DNA of 64,000 nt. Origin: Candidatus Levybacteria bacterium CG2_30_37_29 (GTDB lineage: Bacteria > Patescibacteriota > Microgenomatia > Levybacterales > GWA1-39-11). The position numbers and the translations under genes were made by a program. The stretch is from NCBI GenBank assembly GCA_001873215.1, contig MNYS01000009.1, positions 3,654 to 67,653 of the forward strand, written 5' to 3'. The notes beneath the pieces were generated by a model. The model ran no database searches, was not told the DNA's origin, and saw only the letters and a program-made list of their open reading frames with translations. Within the stretch, counting starts at the first letter, position 1. Every line of letters begins with the position of its first letter. This document shows positions 20,986 through 29,379 of the stretch, piece by piece.

Positions 20986-21084
20986 TTTAAAATTAACAAT
21001 TATAAATTTGAAATGAAATATAAATTTTAAAAATTTAAACATTGAAAATTCAATAAAAATTGAAAATTTAAACATTGAAAATTA
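20986..21084. repeat. AT-rich 7-bp-periodic intergenic element
   Basis: Repeated TGAAAAT/TTAAAAT units. Shares an about 42-bp motif with 51992-52034. Confidence 0.6.
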
Positions 21085-21087
21085 ATC

Positions 21088-22110
21088 ATGGTTGACTTTA
21101 TTGATATAGACGAAAATAAAAAGGACGATTACAATAATATCGTAAACCACCCATTGCAAAGTTATGAATGGGGAGAATTTAGAAAAAAAACAGGAGCCGG
21201 TATTATCAGACAAGCAAAACTTTCAGGCAAAAAAATTGATGAGGCTTTTTGCCTAACTCTTCATAAAACGCCTTTCTTAAAATCATTTATAGGCTATCTT
21301 CCAAAAGGAAATTTACCGACAAACGAATTACTTACACACTTATTAGAAATCGGGCGAGAAAATAAATGTATTTTTATCCAGCTCGAACCAAACACCACAG
21401 AAATTGAAAATTTAAAATTGAAAATTGAAAATTTAGGCCTTGTGCCTTCGGCCCATCCTCTTTTTACAAAATTCACTTTTATTCTTGACATCACAAAAAA
21501 TGAAGACGAATTATTAAAAGATATGCATCCAAAGACGCGGTACAACATAAAAGTTGCCCAAAAATATGACATTGAAATCGTAGAGGACAATTCCGAAAAA
21601 GGATTTGATGCATACCAAAAATTATTGTGGCAAACAACCAACAGGCAGGGATTTTACGCACACACTCCCGCCTACCACAAAACGCTTTGGGAAACTCTTC
21701 CCAAAACACCGAAAAAAAACGAATTGTCTTATCACCTTTTTCATGCAAAGTATAAAAATGAAACCATAACCTCTTGGGTTCTTTTTGTTTTTGGTGATAC
21801 TCTTTATTATCCTTATGGCGCATCAAGCCGCATACACCGCGAAAAAATGGCGTCAAATCTTTTATGCTGGGAAGCCATTAAGTTTGGGAAGAAACTTGGA
21901 CTTACAAAATTCGATATGTGGGGAGCGCTTGGACCAAATCCGGACAAAAATGACCCGTGGTATGGATTTCATAGATTTAAAGAAGGGTACGGAGGAAAAC
22001 TGACGGAATTTGTAGGAAGTTATGACCTTGTTATAAATCCTGTTTTATACCAGACATATAAAGTCGCTGACAAGCTCCGTTGGGCCGCTCTTAAATTTAA
22101 AAAGCGTTAA
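21088..22110 (+). CDS. FemABX-family peptidoglycan peptidyltransferase
   Basis: HPLQSYEWGEFR, KTRYNIK, YYPYGAS, FDMWG, GFHRFKEGYGG. Confidence 0.92.
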   Translation: MVDFIDIDENKKDDYNNIVNHPLQSYEWGEFRKKTGAGIIRQAKLSGKKIDEAFCLTLHKTPFLKSFIGYLPKGNLPTNELLTHLLEIGRENKCIFIQLEPNTTEIENLKLKIENLGLVPSAHPLFTKFTFILDITKNEDELLKDMHPKTRYNIKVAQKYDIEIVEDNSEKGFDAYQKLLWQTTNRQGFYAHTPAYHKTLWETLPKTPKKNELSYHLFHAKYKNETITSWVLFVFGDTLYYPYGASSRIHREKMASNLLCWEAIKFGKKLGLTKFDMWGALGPNPDKNDPWYGFHRFKEGYGGKLTEFVGSYDLVINPVLYQTYKVADKLRWAALKFKKR

Positions 22111-22112
22111 GC

Positions 22113-22640
22113 TCAAATTCTGTAGAGATAAATTTTGTTTTTTTTGTCTTCTGAAATCTGTTTTAATGGAACTTTATATTTTAAGCTTACAATTTTTGTC
22201 CCTGGTTTTAATTCCTTTTTTAATTTTGGCATAATTCTTGTAATAACCGCCGGAACTAAGTAAAAATATATAACTGTCGCATCAGACAAATTCACTTTCT
22301 TAAAATCTTGGCGAATAAATTTAGCGTTTGAAACATTACTCATTTGTTTTCTAAAGGTAGAAACAAAATATCGCGTGTAATCAATTTCAATTCCGGTTGC
22401 CTTTTTTGCCCTAAACTCATTTGCTGCAGTTAAAATAAATTCTCCGTCCCCGCTTCCCAATTCGTAGACAATATCGTGTCTTGAAATTTTCGCAAGTCGG
22501 CATGCGGCTCTTGCTATTTTTCTATTTGTCCTCCACCAAGGAGACCACGGACTGTCAGGAGGCCACACAAACGATAAAACTAAAAGAAGGAAAAAAATAA
22601 ATGCAAAAAGAATAACATCTATAAGGATAGACACATTCAT
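22113..22640 (-). CDS. Class I SAM-dependent methyltransferase with N-terminal TM
   Basis: YELGSGDG, GIEID, ATVIYFYL, ELKPGTKIVS. Confidence 0.85.
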   Translation of the reverse strand: MNVSILIDVILFAFIFFLLLVLSFVWPPDSPWSPWWRTNRKIARAACRLAKISRHDIVYELGSGDGEFILTAANEFRAKKATGIEIDYTRYFVSTFRKQMSNVSNAKFIRQDFKKVNLSDATVIYFYLVPAVITRIMPKLKKELKPGTKIVSLKYKVPLKQISEDKKNKIYLYRI

Positions 22641-22936
22641 ATTTTGAAAATCACCTTCCCAAGTATATTTTTTGTCGACAGATATCCAAAGCTACGACTG
22701 TCAGTGCTTTCTTTTTTATTATCCCCAATAACAAAAATTTCATTCTGATCAATTCTTTGAATACGCTTAATAAGTTTATTTTTATGAAACTTGCATATAA
22801 CAACGTCGTTTATTCTCGGCTTAAACATTATATATGCCCAAACAAATACAAGTACTTTTTCTCCATTTAAAAATGCAGGCGCCATACTATTTCCTGAGAT
22901 TTGATAAACAAAAAAAGGGGATATTTTTTTAAACAC
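22637..22936 (-). CDS. sodX: Ni-SOD maturation protease (S26-like)
   Basis: GNSMAP, LIKRI, GDNKKESTDSRSFG; adjacent to sodN. Confidence 0.85.
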   Translation of the reverse strand: MFKKISPFFVYQISGNSMAPAFLNGEKVLVFVWAYIMFKPRINDVVICKFHKNKLIKRIQRIDQNEIFVIGDNKKESTDSRSFGYLSTKNILGKVIFKI

Positions 22937-22944
22937 AACAGTTG

Positions 22945-23367
22945 TTAAATTTTTGAAGCGGAAAAAATATTTGCAATTTCATCAACTGCACGGATAAGTT
23001 CTTGTGCACTGATTTCATCAACCGTCTGTTTATTTTTTGAGCATAATTTTGCCGCATTCCAAAACCTTTCATGCATATCCGGAGCTCTTCCCAAGTGTTC
23101 GGGCTTGAAATAGTCCGTCCATAAAATTAGTAATTCTTCTTTGCATTTTTGGGCGTGAACATCTTTTGTCAAAACCATACGAACAAAAGAATTCCTGTCA
23201 TTAACCGATGGGTTTTCCGTTGGCAATTCTTTTATTTTCTGAACCATTTTAAGAACTGTTGCGGCTGCAATCTGCGCAGGTTTTGGATCATAGATTCCAC
23301 ACGGAACATCACAGTGTGCATAACAGATTTCATGGGGGAAAATTTTATATAAGAATTTAAAATTCAT
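22945..23367 (-). CDS. sodN: Nickel superoxide dismutase precursor
   Basis: Ni-hook HCDVPCGIYDP after a 17-aa leader; LWTDYFK. Confidence 0.95.
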   Translation of the reverse strand: MNFKFLYKIFPHEICYAHCDVPCGIYDPKPAQIAAATVLKMVQKIKELPTENPSVNDRNSFVRMVLTKDVHAQKCKEELLILWTDYFKPEHLGRAPDMHERFWNAAKLCSKNKQTVDEISAQELIRAVDEIANIFSASKI

Positions 23368-23407
23368 ATTAATACACTAACATAACAGTTATTCAATTTC
23401 AATATTT

Positions 23408-24226
23408 TTACTTGCAGATTGTATGTGCTCCACTCAATGCTTCAGTTAATCTACCTGGATCAAGCTGATATTTGTCTATTAGGTCATTTTCGGAATGATC
23501 AAGTAAGTCGCAGGAAAGAATAATATTATTTTGTAATAAACGCTGTTTTTCACCAAGCGTCAAAGATGGAAGAATTGTCACAGGATACATTTTAGGACTT
23601 TCGACAAAAGCCTGTAGGCTTTTTTCTTCAGGATAATTCCACGCAAGAATTTTCATATTTTTACACCTTGCGTATGAAATTGCATCAGTTGTAAGCTTAG
23701 TATTTGTGATAACCCAAACATCGCTTATATCATTTTTTACCTTCACATCAAGATAACGAGCATACATATATAGCATTACTTGTACATCTGTTTTTCCAAT
23801 TTGTTGGTTATGAAATTTTGCCTCAACAATTTCTTTTTTGCCGTCTTTTTCCAAAACCAAATCAATTTCATGTGTCACACATTCTCCTCGCATCGGAACA
23901 TCAACAATTGTCTTATACCCTTCATGGGTAAAAATCCGCGCCAAAAATCTTTCAAAAGGAAAACCTGTTGGTCCAAGCTCAAAAACTGCCTGACGAAGAT
24001 TAAATTTAAGTGATGATTTTGTGTCTTTCTTTTCTAAAAATTCCAGAATGTGTGTAAAAACTTCATGAGTTGAAACTTCTCCATGAAGCTTCTCTTCTAT
24101 GTGCTGGAGTGCCTTCTCTTGCAATTCTTGAGGAACCCCAACTCTTTGCATGGAGTGAATAACTTTTTCTCGCGAATAAGGCTCGGCTTCTCCATTTTTT
24201 TTAATAACCACAATACCTTTATCCAT
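23408..24226 (-). CDS. ATP-cone domain fused to Mrr-like PD-(D/E)xK nuclease
   Basis: VIKKNGEAEPYSREK (ATP-cone), GFPFE, EIDL...VEAKFH, ITNTKLT. Confidence 0.8.
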   Translation of the reverse strand: MDKGIVVIKKNGEAEPYSREKVIHSMQRVGVPQELQEKALQHIEEKLHGEVSTHEVFTHILEFLEKKDTKSSLKFNLRQAVFELGPTGFPFERFLARIFTHEGYKTIVDVPMRGECVTHEIDLVLEKDGKKEIVEAKFHNQQIGKTDVQVMLYMYARYLDVKVKNDISDVWVITNTKLTTDAISYARCKNMKILAWNYPEEKSLQAFVESPKMYPVTILPSLTLGEKQRLLQNNIILSCDLLDHSENDLIDKYQLDPGRLTEALSGAHTICK

Positions 24227-24271
24227 ATATATTTAGAATATCACATTCAATTCATGTGATACAATTGTCGC

Positions 24272-25111
24272 GTGAAGAAAATTGTTTCAATTATATACGT
24301 CTATTACAACACCCCAAATGAGCTAACTTCATCCTTGAACTCTATAAAAAAAGCTATCGGAAAATATTCTTATGAAATAATAATTGTAGATAATGATTCT
24401 CCTAAAAAATTGCCCACTAATCTTTTAAAAAATACAGAACTAAAAGTTATATATAGCGCAAAAAATATTGGGTTTGGGAAAGCTGCAAATTTAGCTGCAA
24501 AAAAAGCACAAGGACAATATCTTCTTGTAACAAACCCCGATGTCATTTTTGGGGAAAATTCAATTAAAAAACTTATTGAGGAAGCCGGGCTTGAAAAAAA
24601 ATTGGGAGCTCTTGCGCCGCAACAACTAGACACTCACGGAAATATTCTTCAAAGCATAGGCGGCGCACCCTTCTTGCCGGACGGACTTTTTGTATTTTCT
24701 TTTATTAACAAGCTGTTTCCACAAAACAAATATTCTAAAAGGTATTGGTTGCCTGACCTAGATAGAACCAAAAAACAAGAAGTTGAAACGCTGGGAGGTG
24801 CTTGTATTCTTTTCCCAAAAATGGTTTTTTTAAAATTAAAAGGATTTGATCCACGTTTTTTTATGTATTTTGAAGAAGCCGATATCTGCTATCGAATAAG
24901 AAAATTAAATCTTAAACTCATATACCTGCCAGACGCAAAAGTCACACACCTTGTTGGAAGAAGTACCCAAGACAAAAAATTCATACAAAAGACATTTGAA
25001 AAAAGCAGATATAAATTTTTTGAAAAATACCACGGAATACTTCCTGCTATTCTTGCGGAACTTTTTCTACGGCTGTCTTCGCGTATTGTACAAAAGAAGA
25101 TGCTACAATAA
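24272..25111 (+). CDS. GT2 family glycosyltransferase
   Basis: IIVDNDS, NIGFGKAAN, NPD, FDPRFFMYFEEAD. Confidence 0.92.
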   Translation: MKKIVSIIYVYYNTPNELTSSLNSIKKAIGKYSYEIIIVDNDSPKKLPTNLLKNTELKVIYSAKNIGFGKAANLAAKKAQGQYLLVTNPDVIFGENSIKKLIEEAGLEKKLGALAPQQLDTHGNILQSIGGAPFLPDGLFVFSFINKLFPQNKYSKRYWLPDLDRTKKQEVETLGGACILFPKMVFLKLKGFDPRFFMYFEEADICYRIRKLNLKLIYLPDAKVTHLVGRSTQDKKFIQKTFEKSRYKFFEKYHGILPAILAELFLRLSSRIVQKKMLQ

Positions 25112-25117
25112 TTTTAA

Positions 25118-26029
25118 ATGAAAAAGTTATACCTCTCTGTTTTGGCAGTAGTACTCGTTTTAGCCGTTTTTCAAAGAAACTTCATTCTTAAAAGCTTTGA
25201 TAGTTTTTATTATAGATCCACATGCGATACCCCTATTCACTATAAAACGGGCTTTATTGACAAGAGGTTTAATATTTCAGAAAATGAATTTCTAGCTGAC
25301 ATACAACAGGCAACAAACTTATGGGGAGTATTTGCGCAAAAAGATTTATTTGTCCCGGATCCAAAAGGAACTTTGGTAATAAATTTGGTTTTTGACAAGC
25401 GACAAGCACTGAATAATCAAATAAGCCAGCTTGAAAATACTCTTGAAAGTAAAAAAAGCCAGATTAATCCTGAAATCGCACAATATGAAAAAGATGTGGA
25501 AGACTTCAAGCGCCGGTCAAACAGTCTAAATGAAGAAATAATAAGCTGGAACAATAAAGGCGGCGCTCCGCCCGAAGTTTTTAACCGGCTTACCAAAGAT
25601 CAAAAGTCCTTGCAGGAAGATGCGGCAAGACTCAATGCAACGGCTGATAGACTTAACCAAACAACAAATCTTTTTAATGTAGACGTTGGGAAACTAAATG
25701 AAACAGTAAGTACTTTCAACCAAGCTCTTGCAAAAAGGCCGGAAGAAGGACTCTATGACGGGCGGCAAAACGAAATTTATATTTACTTTCTTACAGACAA
25801 AAACGAGCTTATCCACACACTTGCTCACGAGTTAGGACATGCATTAAGTCTTAATCACGCAATAAATACAGATTCAATTATGTATCCGTACACAACAAAA
25901 ACGATTATGCTATCAAGCGAGGACAGAAAAGCGCTTCAAAAGCTTTGCGCAAAACAAAGCCTTTTTGAGATATTTGTAAAACGGGTGGAAGTTGTGATAG
26001 AAAATTTAAGAAACGCAAAAACAAATTGA
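25118..26029 (+). CDS. Matrixin-like (M10) zinc metalloprotease with coiled-coil insert
   Basis: HELGHALSLNH and SIMYP Met-turn; signal anchor. Confidence 0.88.
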   Translation: MKKLYLSVLAVVLVLAVFQRNFILKSFDSFYYRSTCDTPIHYKTGFIDKRFNISENEFLADIQQATNLWGVFAQKDLFVPDPKGTLVINLVFDKRQALNNQISQLENTLESKKSQINPEIAQYEKDVEDFKRRSNSLNEEIISWNNKGGAPPEVFNRLTKDQKSLQEDAARLNATADRLNQTTNLFNVDVGKLNETVSTFNQALAKRPEEGLYDGRQNEIYIYFLTDKNELIHTLAHELGHALSLNHAINTDSIMYPYTTKTIMLSSEDRKALQKLCAKQSLFEIFVKRVEVVIENLRNAKTN

Positions 26030-26037
26030 CTTCACTT

Positions 26038-27276
26038 TCAGAGAAATATCAATACTCCCAAAAAATTGATAATTATTCCAAAAAACATGACTATTAACAG
26101 CACGGGCCTAGAAAGATACGGCATTGATAAAATTAAACATAACAAAAGCAGAGGAAACACGTCGAAAAAGTAACGGTTGCCAAATTGTATCCAGCCGGTT
26201 CCACAATAAAACATCAAGAACACAAACGTAATCAATGCTGTTACTCCCGCAATTACCAAAAACTGACGTTTTTTTGCATCAAGTTGTTTTCGTTTGAAAA
26301 AAAGAATTATCGGCAATAATATTGATGGATAAACCATCAAAACACTATTCCCTTCGGGGTCAATCTTAAATATATTCAGCAGATAATAATATATATTATG
26401 CCAAACGTACTTAACTGATAGAAAATTACCGCTTTTCACAATTGCATCAAAGCGCGGGCTCCCTTCCACAAAACGCGCACCAGTTTCAAAAACATTCTGA
26501 AATTTAAGGTAATTATAAAATCCAGCAAAACAAACAAAAAAGGTTACGATTACACAAGAAAAAACAATCATCCTTTGCGATATCTTTTTCTTTCTGATCT
26601 TGCTATCCAAAAAAATATAGATAAACAGTAAACCATGAAAGAGTAAGCTTGCGCGTGCTAGAGATGAAAGAGAAAAAAATACAACCGATAGAATAATATA
26701 GCTTTCTTTGTGTGAATTCAGATATTTCAAAAAAAAGAAATAAAATAATAATAGAAACGTTATCGCAAAAATTTGATTTGTAAACCAGATAGATCCAGTT
26801 AATGAAAGAAAAAAATTTGGAGAAGCAAAAGCGAAGCTTATGATAACAAATAGCTCTGCCATAAGCGCAAGAGATAAATGAAAATAATGCTTCATCTCTT
26901 TAATACATAGATAGACCAAAATGACATTCGTAAATCCGCCCAGCATGGTAAAAAGTACGTCGCTGGTTTTAAGTCCCCATATCAAATAGAATGGCCAAAT
27001 AAACAATAAAGGGGCCGGTCCCCAAGATAAATACCACTTATCATGGAATAATGAAAGATCATATGTGTTTGGCGTAATTACGTTTACGCGTCCATGCATG
27101 AATGCATCAAGCAAATATGTGTAGTAGTTTGTGGAGGAAGGCGCAAAAACATTGTTTACAAGAAGTGTTGAAAAAGAATAGTATATGATGCCAATTATCA
27201 GACAAACCAACCATGGTATTGCATTCCTATATCGCCGAAAGAGAGATGGAATTGAAGAATTATCTAAATTTTGCAT
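26038..27276 (-). CDS. Polytopic membrane protein, GT-C-like
   Basis: DLSLFHDKWYLSWGPAP, QFGNRYFFD; multiple TMs. Confidence 0.65.
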   Translation of the reverse strand: MQNLDNSSIPSLFRRYRNAIPWLVCLIIGIIYYSFSTLLVNNVFAPSSTNYYTYLLDAFMHGRVNVITPNTYDLSLFHDKWYLSWGPAPLLFIWPFYLIWGLKTSDVLFTMLGGFTNVILVYLCIKEMKHYFHLSLALMAELFVIISFAFASPNFFLSLTGSIWFTNQIFAITFLLLFYFFFLKYLNSHKESYIILSVVFFSLSSLARASLLFHGLLFIYIFLDSKIRKKKISQRMIVFSCVIVTFFVCFAGFYNYLKFQNVFETGARFVEGSPRFDAIVKSGNFLSVKYVWHNIYYYLLNIFKIDPEGNSVLMVYPSILLPIILFFKRKQLDAKKRQFLVIAGVTALITFVFLMFYCGTGWIQFGNRYFFDVFPLLLLCLILSMPYLSRPVLLIVMFFGIIINFLGVLIFL

Positions 27277-27375
27277 CTTATTTATTTTATCCTAGTTTAT
27301 CAACAAATTAAGCTTTGTTATCACATACTAAGCTTTGAAAGCTAAAAAATCTCAACTTGTTGCTATACTTAATTT

Positions 27376-28065
27376 ATGGTTTTATGGATTTTTTTATTGC
27401 TCGAGCTTCTGATTCTTTTTTTAACATCAAAGTCCATAATCCAAGCGCTTTATACAATTTTTTTTATGTTTTTTAGAAAAAAAGAGCTTGCAATGATTCC
27501 CATCTACTTACTTTTCTTTCCAGGAGTGGTAATTCATGAACTCTCCCATTTTCTGGTTGCTGAGATACTTTTTGTCCATGTGTATGACATAAATTTGATT
27601 CCTCAAATCAAGGAAGGAAAAATAAGGCTTGGAAATGTTCAGATAAGAAAAACGGATATCCTTCGCCGTCTTATTATCGGAGCGGCACCTGTAATCGCGG
27701 GAATTTTTATTCTTTTTATTATTCTAACTTATTTTGTAGGCAATTTTGAAATAAGCTTATCACCTATAAATATTTCAAAAACTTTATTAATAGCTTGGTC
27801 TTTATTTGCTATAACAAACACAATGTTCTCAAGTAAAAAAGATATGGAAGGATTTATTGAGTTTTCAGCAATTGGGGGATTTTTTCTTCTTGTGATTATA
27901 TTGGCTTCTATTATCGGCGGAATTGATTTTATGTCCCCTGTTTTATCATTTTTAAATAATTCTGTAATTCAAGCAGAAGTTAAAAAAATATCAGCGCTTT
28001 TTCTTATACCTCTTTTTATTAATTCTTTCTTCTTCTTATGCTCAAAAGTCCTTATTAGGAGATAG
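27376..28065 (+). CDS. Membrane metalloprotease (M50-like)
   Basis: PGVVIHELSH (HExxH), IGAAP, SKKD. Confidence 0.7.
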   Translation: MVLWIFLLLELLILFLTSKSIIQALYTIFFMFFRKKELAMIPIYLLFFPGVVIHELSHFLVAEILFVHVYDINLIPQIKEGKIRLGNVQIRKTDILRRLIIGAAPVIAGIFILFIILTYFVGNFEISLSPINISKTLLIAWSLFAITNTMFSSKKDMEGFIEFSAIGGFFLLVIILASIIGGIDFMSPVLSFLNNSVIQAEVKKISALFLIPLFINSFFFLCSKVLIRR

Positions 28066-28138
28066 ATTGCGTTTGTTTGCTTGAACATTAATAAAACCTT
28101 GCTACTGAGTGTTGTAGGCGATGTTCGAACTTTTTACG

Positions 28139-28603
28139 TTAATCAAAATTAATAGCCAATCTTATCATGTCTCTGCATTCAATACCATTTTCCATTATTT
28201 TCTCTTTATAGTTTTTCACAAAAAAATCTTTGTCTATCCCTATAATTCTAAAGCCACATTTTTGATAAAGAGAGAGCTGAGATAAACTTGAATTTCCCGT
28301 TCCGACTTCAACACGCTTTGCATTCTGTTTTTTGAGCCGTTCTATTACATCCTCAACTAACTTTTTACCTATTCCCTTGTTTTGATATTGTTCGTCGACA
28401 GCTAAGTTTTTCAATTCAACAGTATCATTAGCTTCTTTTGTTAATACGTACTCGCCGACAAGAACAGTATCTTTATATGCAAGAAATATTTCTCCGTGAT
28501 CGATGTATTTTTGTACATTTTCACGGGAAGGATCTGCAAGAAGTAATAAATTCCATGGAATAATATCTGTTATCTCTTTTTTACGAATTATTAATTCATC
28601 CAT
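28139..28603 (-). CDS. GNAT acetyltransferase
   Basis: LLLADPS, NLAVDEQYQNKGIGK, VGTGNSS, YQKCGF, CRDMIRL. Start likely ATG 28603. Confidence 0.9.
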   Translation of the reverse strand: MDELIIRKKEITDIIPWNLLLLADPSRENVQKYIDHGEIFLAYKDTVLVGEYVLTKEANDTVELKNLAVDEQYQNKGIGKKLVEDVIERLKKQNAKRVEVGTGNSSLSQLSLYQKCGFRIIGIDKDFFVKNYKEKIMENGIECRDMIRLAINFD

Positions 28604-28684
28604 TCTGACAAGCATTATAAATCTTTTAGGGAAAGTCCCAAAGAGCAATCTCCCCTTGAAAAAAACGAAACAATTTTAGATGTG

Positions 28685-28771
28685 CGGAGAGGGTGGGATT
28701 CGAACCCACGGTGAACTTGCGTCCACAGAGGTTTTCAAGACCTCCGCACTAGGCCACTATGCGACCTCTCC
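28685..28771 (-). tRNA. tRNA-Ser(UGA)
   Basis: GGAGAGG acceptor, anticodon arm GAGGT-CTTGAAA-ACCTC, long variable arm, GGTTCGAATCC. Confidence 0.95.
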
Positions 28772-28821
28772 GAGTGCAACGAGGAGATGGTTGCTCAAGG
28801 TTCTGGGTTTAACCAGGTTCT

Positions 28822-28835
28822 TATGCGACCTCTCC
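28822..28835 (-). repeat. 14-bp duplicate of the tRNA-Ser(UGA) 5' end
   Basis: TATGCGACCTCTCC occurs at 28758-28771 and at 28822-28835. Confidence 0.75.
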
Positions 28836-28862
28836 AATATTTTAAACACTAAATAAACGGTT

Positions 28863-28952
28863 TGGCGGAGGAGACAGGATTCGAACCTGCGTGAGTCTTA
28901 CGACTCAGGGATTTAGCAAACCCCCGCAATGGACCAACTATGCGACTCCTCC
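28863..28952 (-). tRNA. tRNA-Ser(GCU)
   Basis: GGAGGAG acceptor, GGGGT-TTGCTAA-ATCCC anticodon arm, long variable arm, encoded CCA. Confidence 0.95.
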
Positions 28953-29058
28953 ACGTGCTGTTAAGCCTTGGTATTATATCAGAAACTGTGGGTACTTTGT
29001 TACCTTTTTGTGGCTATTTTTGTTTGCTCTGGTGTTTAATTAGTGTTATGATGTACGT

Positions 29059-29379
29059 ATGCTGGAACTACAAAAACCGCTAGAGGCGACAGGTATAAAT
29101 ATTGGAATTCAGGCTCCGCCGGAAGTGGCAGCTGCGGGCATCAGAGCCGTGAACGAAAAAAAAGAACTTCAGAAAATACATGACAATCTTTTGGAAATTG
29201 GCGCAAGCCATGCAGGTCCGGAAACGCCTATCACAACAGACCCGGAACTTGCAACAGGAGAAGTAGTACCAAAAAATATCTCTAGTTTCAAACCTAAAAA
29301 AGACACGACTTCGTTCTGGAGAGGACTTTTTTTGAGAAAACACCAAGAGCAAGGAAAGGAATTAAAAAATGCCGCTTGA
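29059..29379 (+). CDS. Hypothetical protein
   Basis: 106-aa ORF preceded by TG-T-TATGAT 6 nt before ATG; overlaps the next gene. Confidence 0.7.
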   Translation: MLELQKPLEATGINIGIQAPPEVAAAGIRAVNEKKELQKIHDNLLEIGASHAGPETPITTDPELATGEVVPKNISSFKPKKDTTSFWRGLFLRKHQEQGKELKNAA

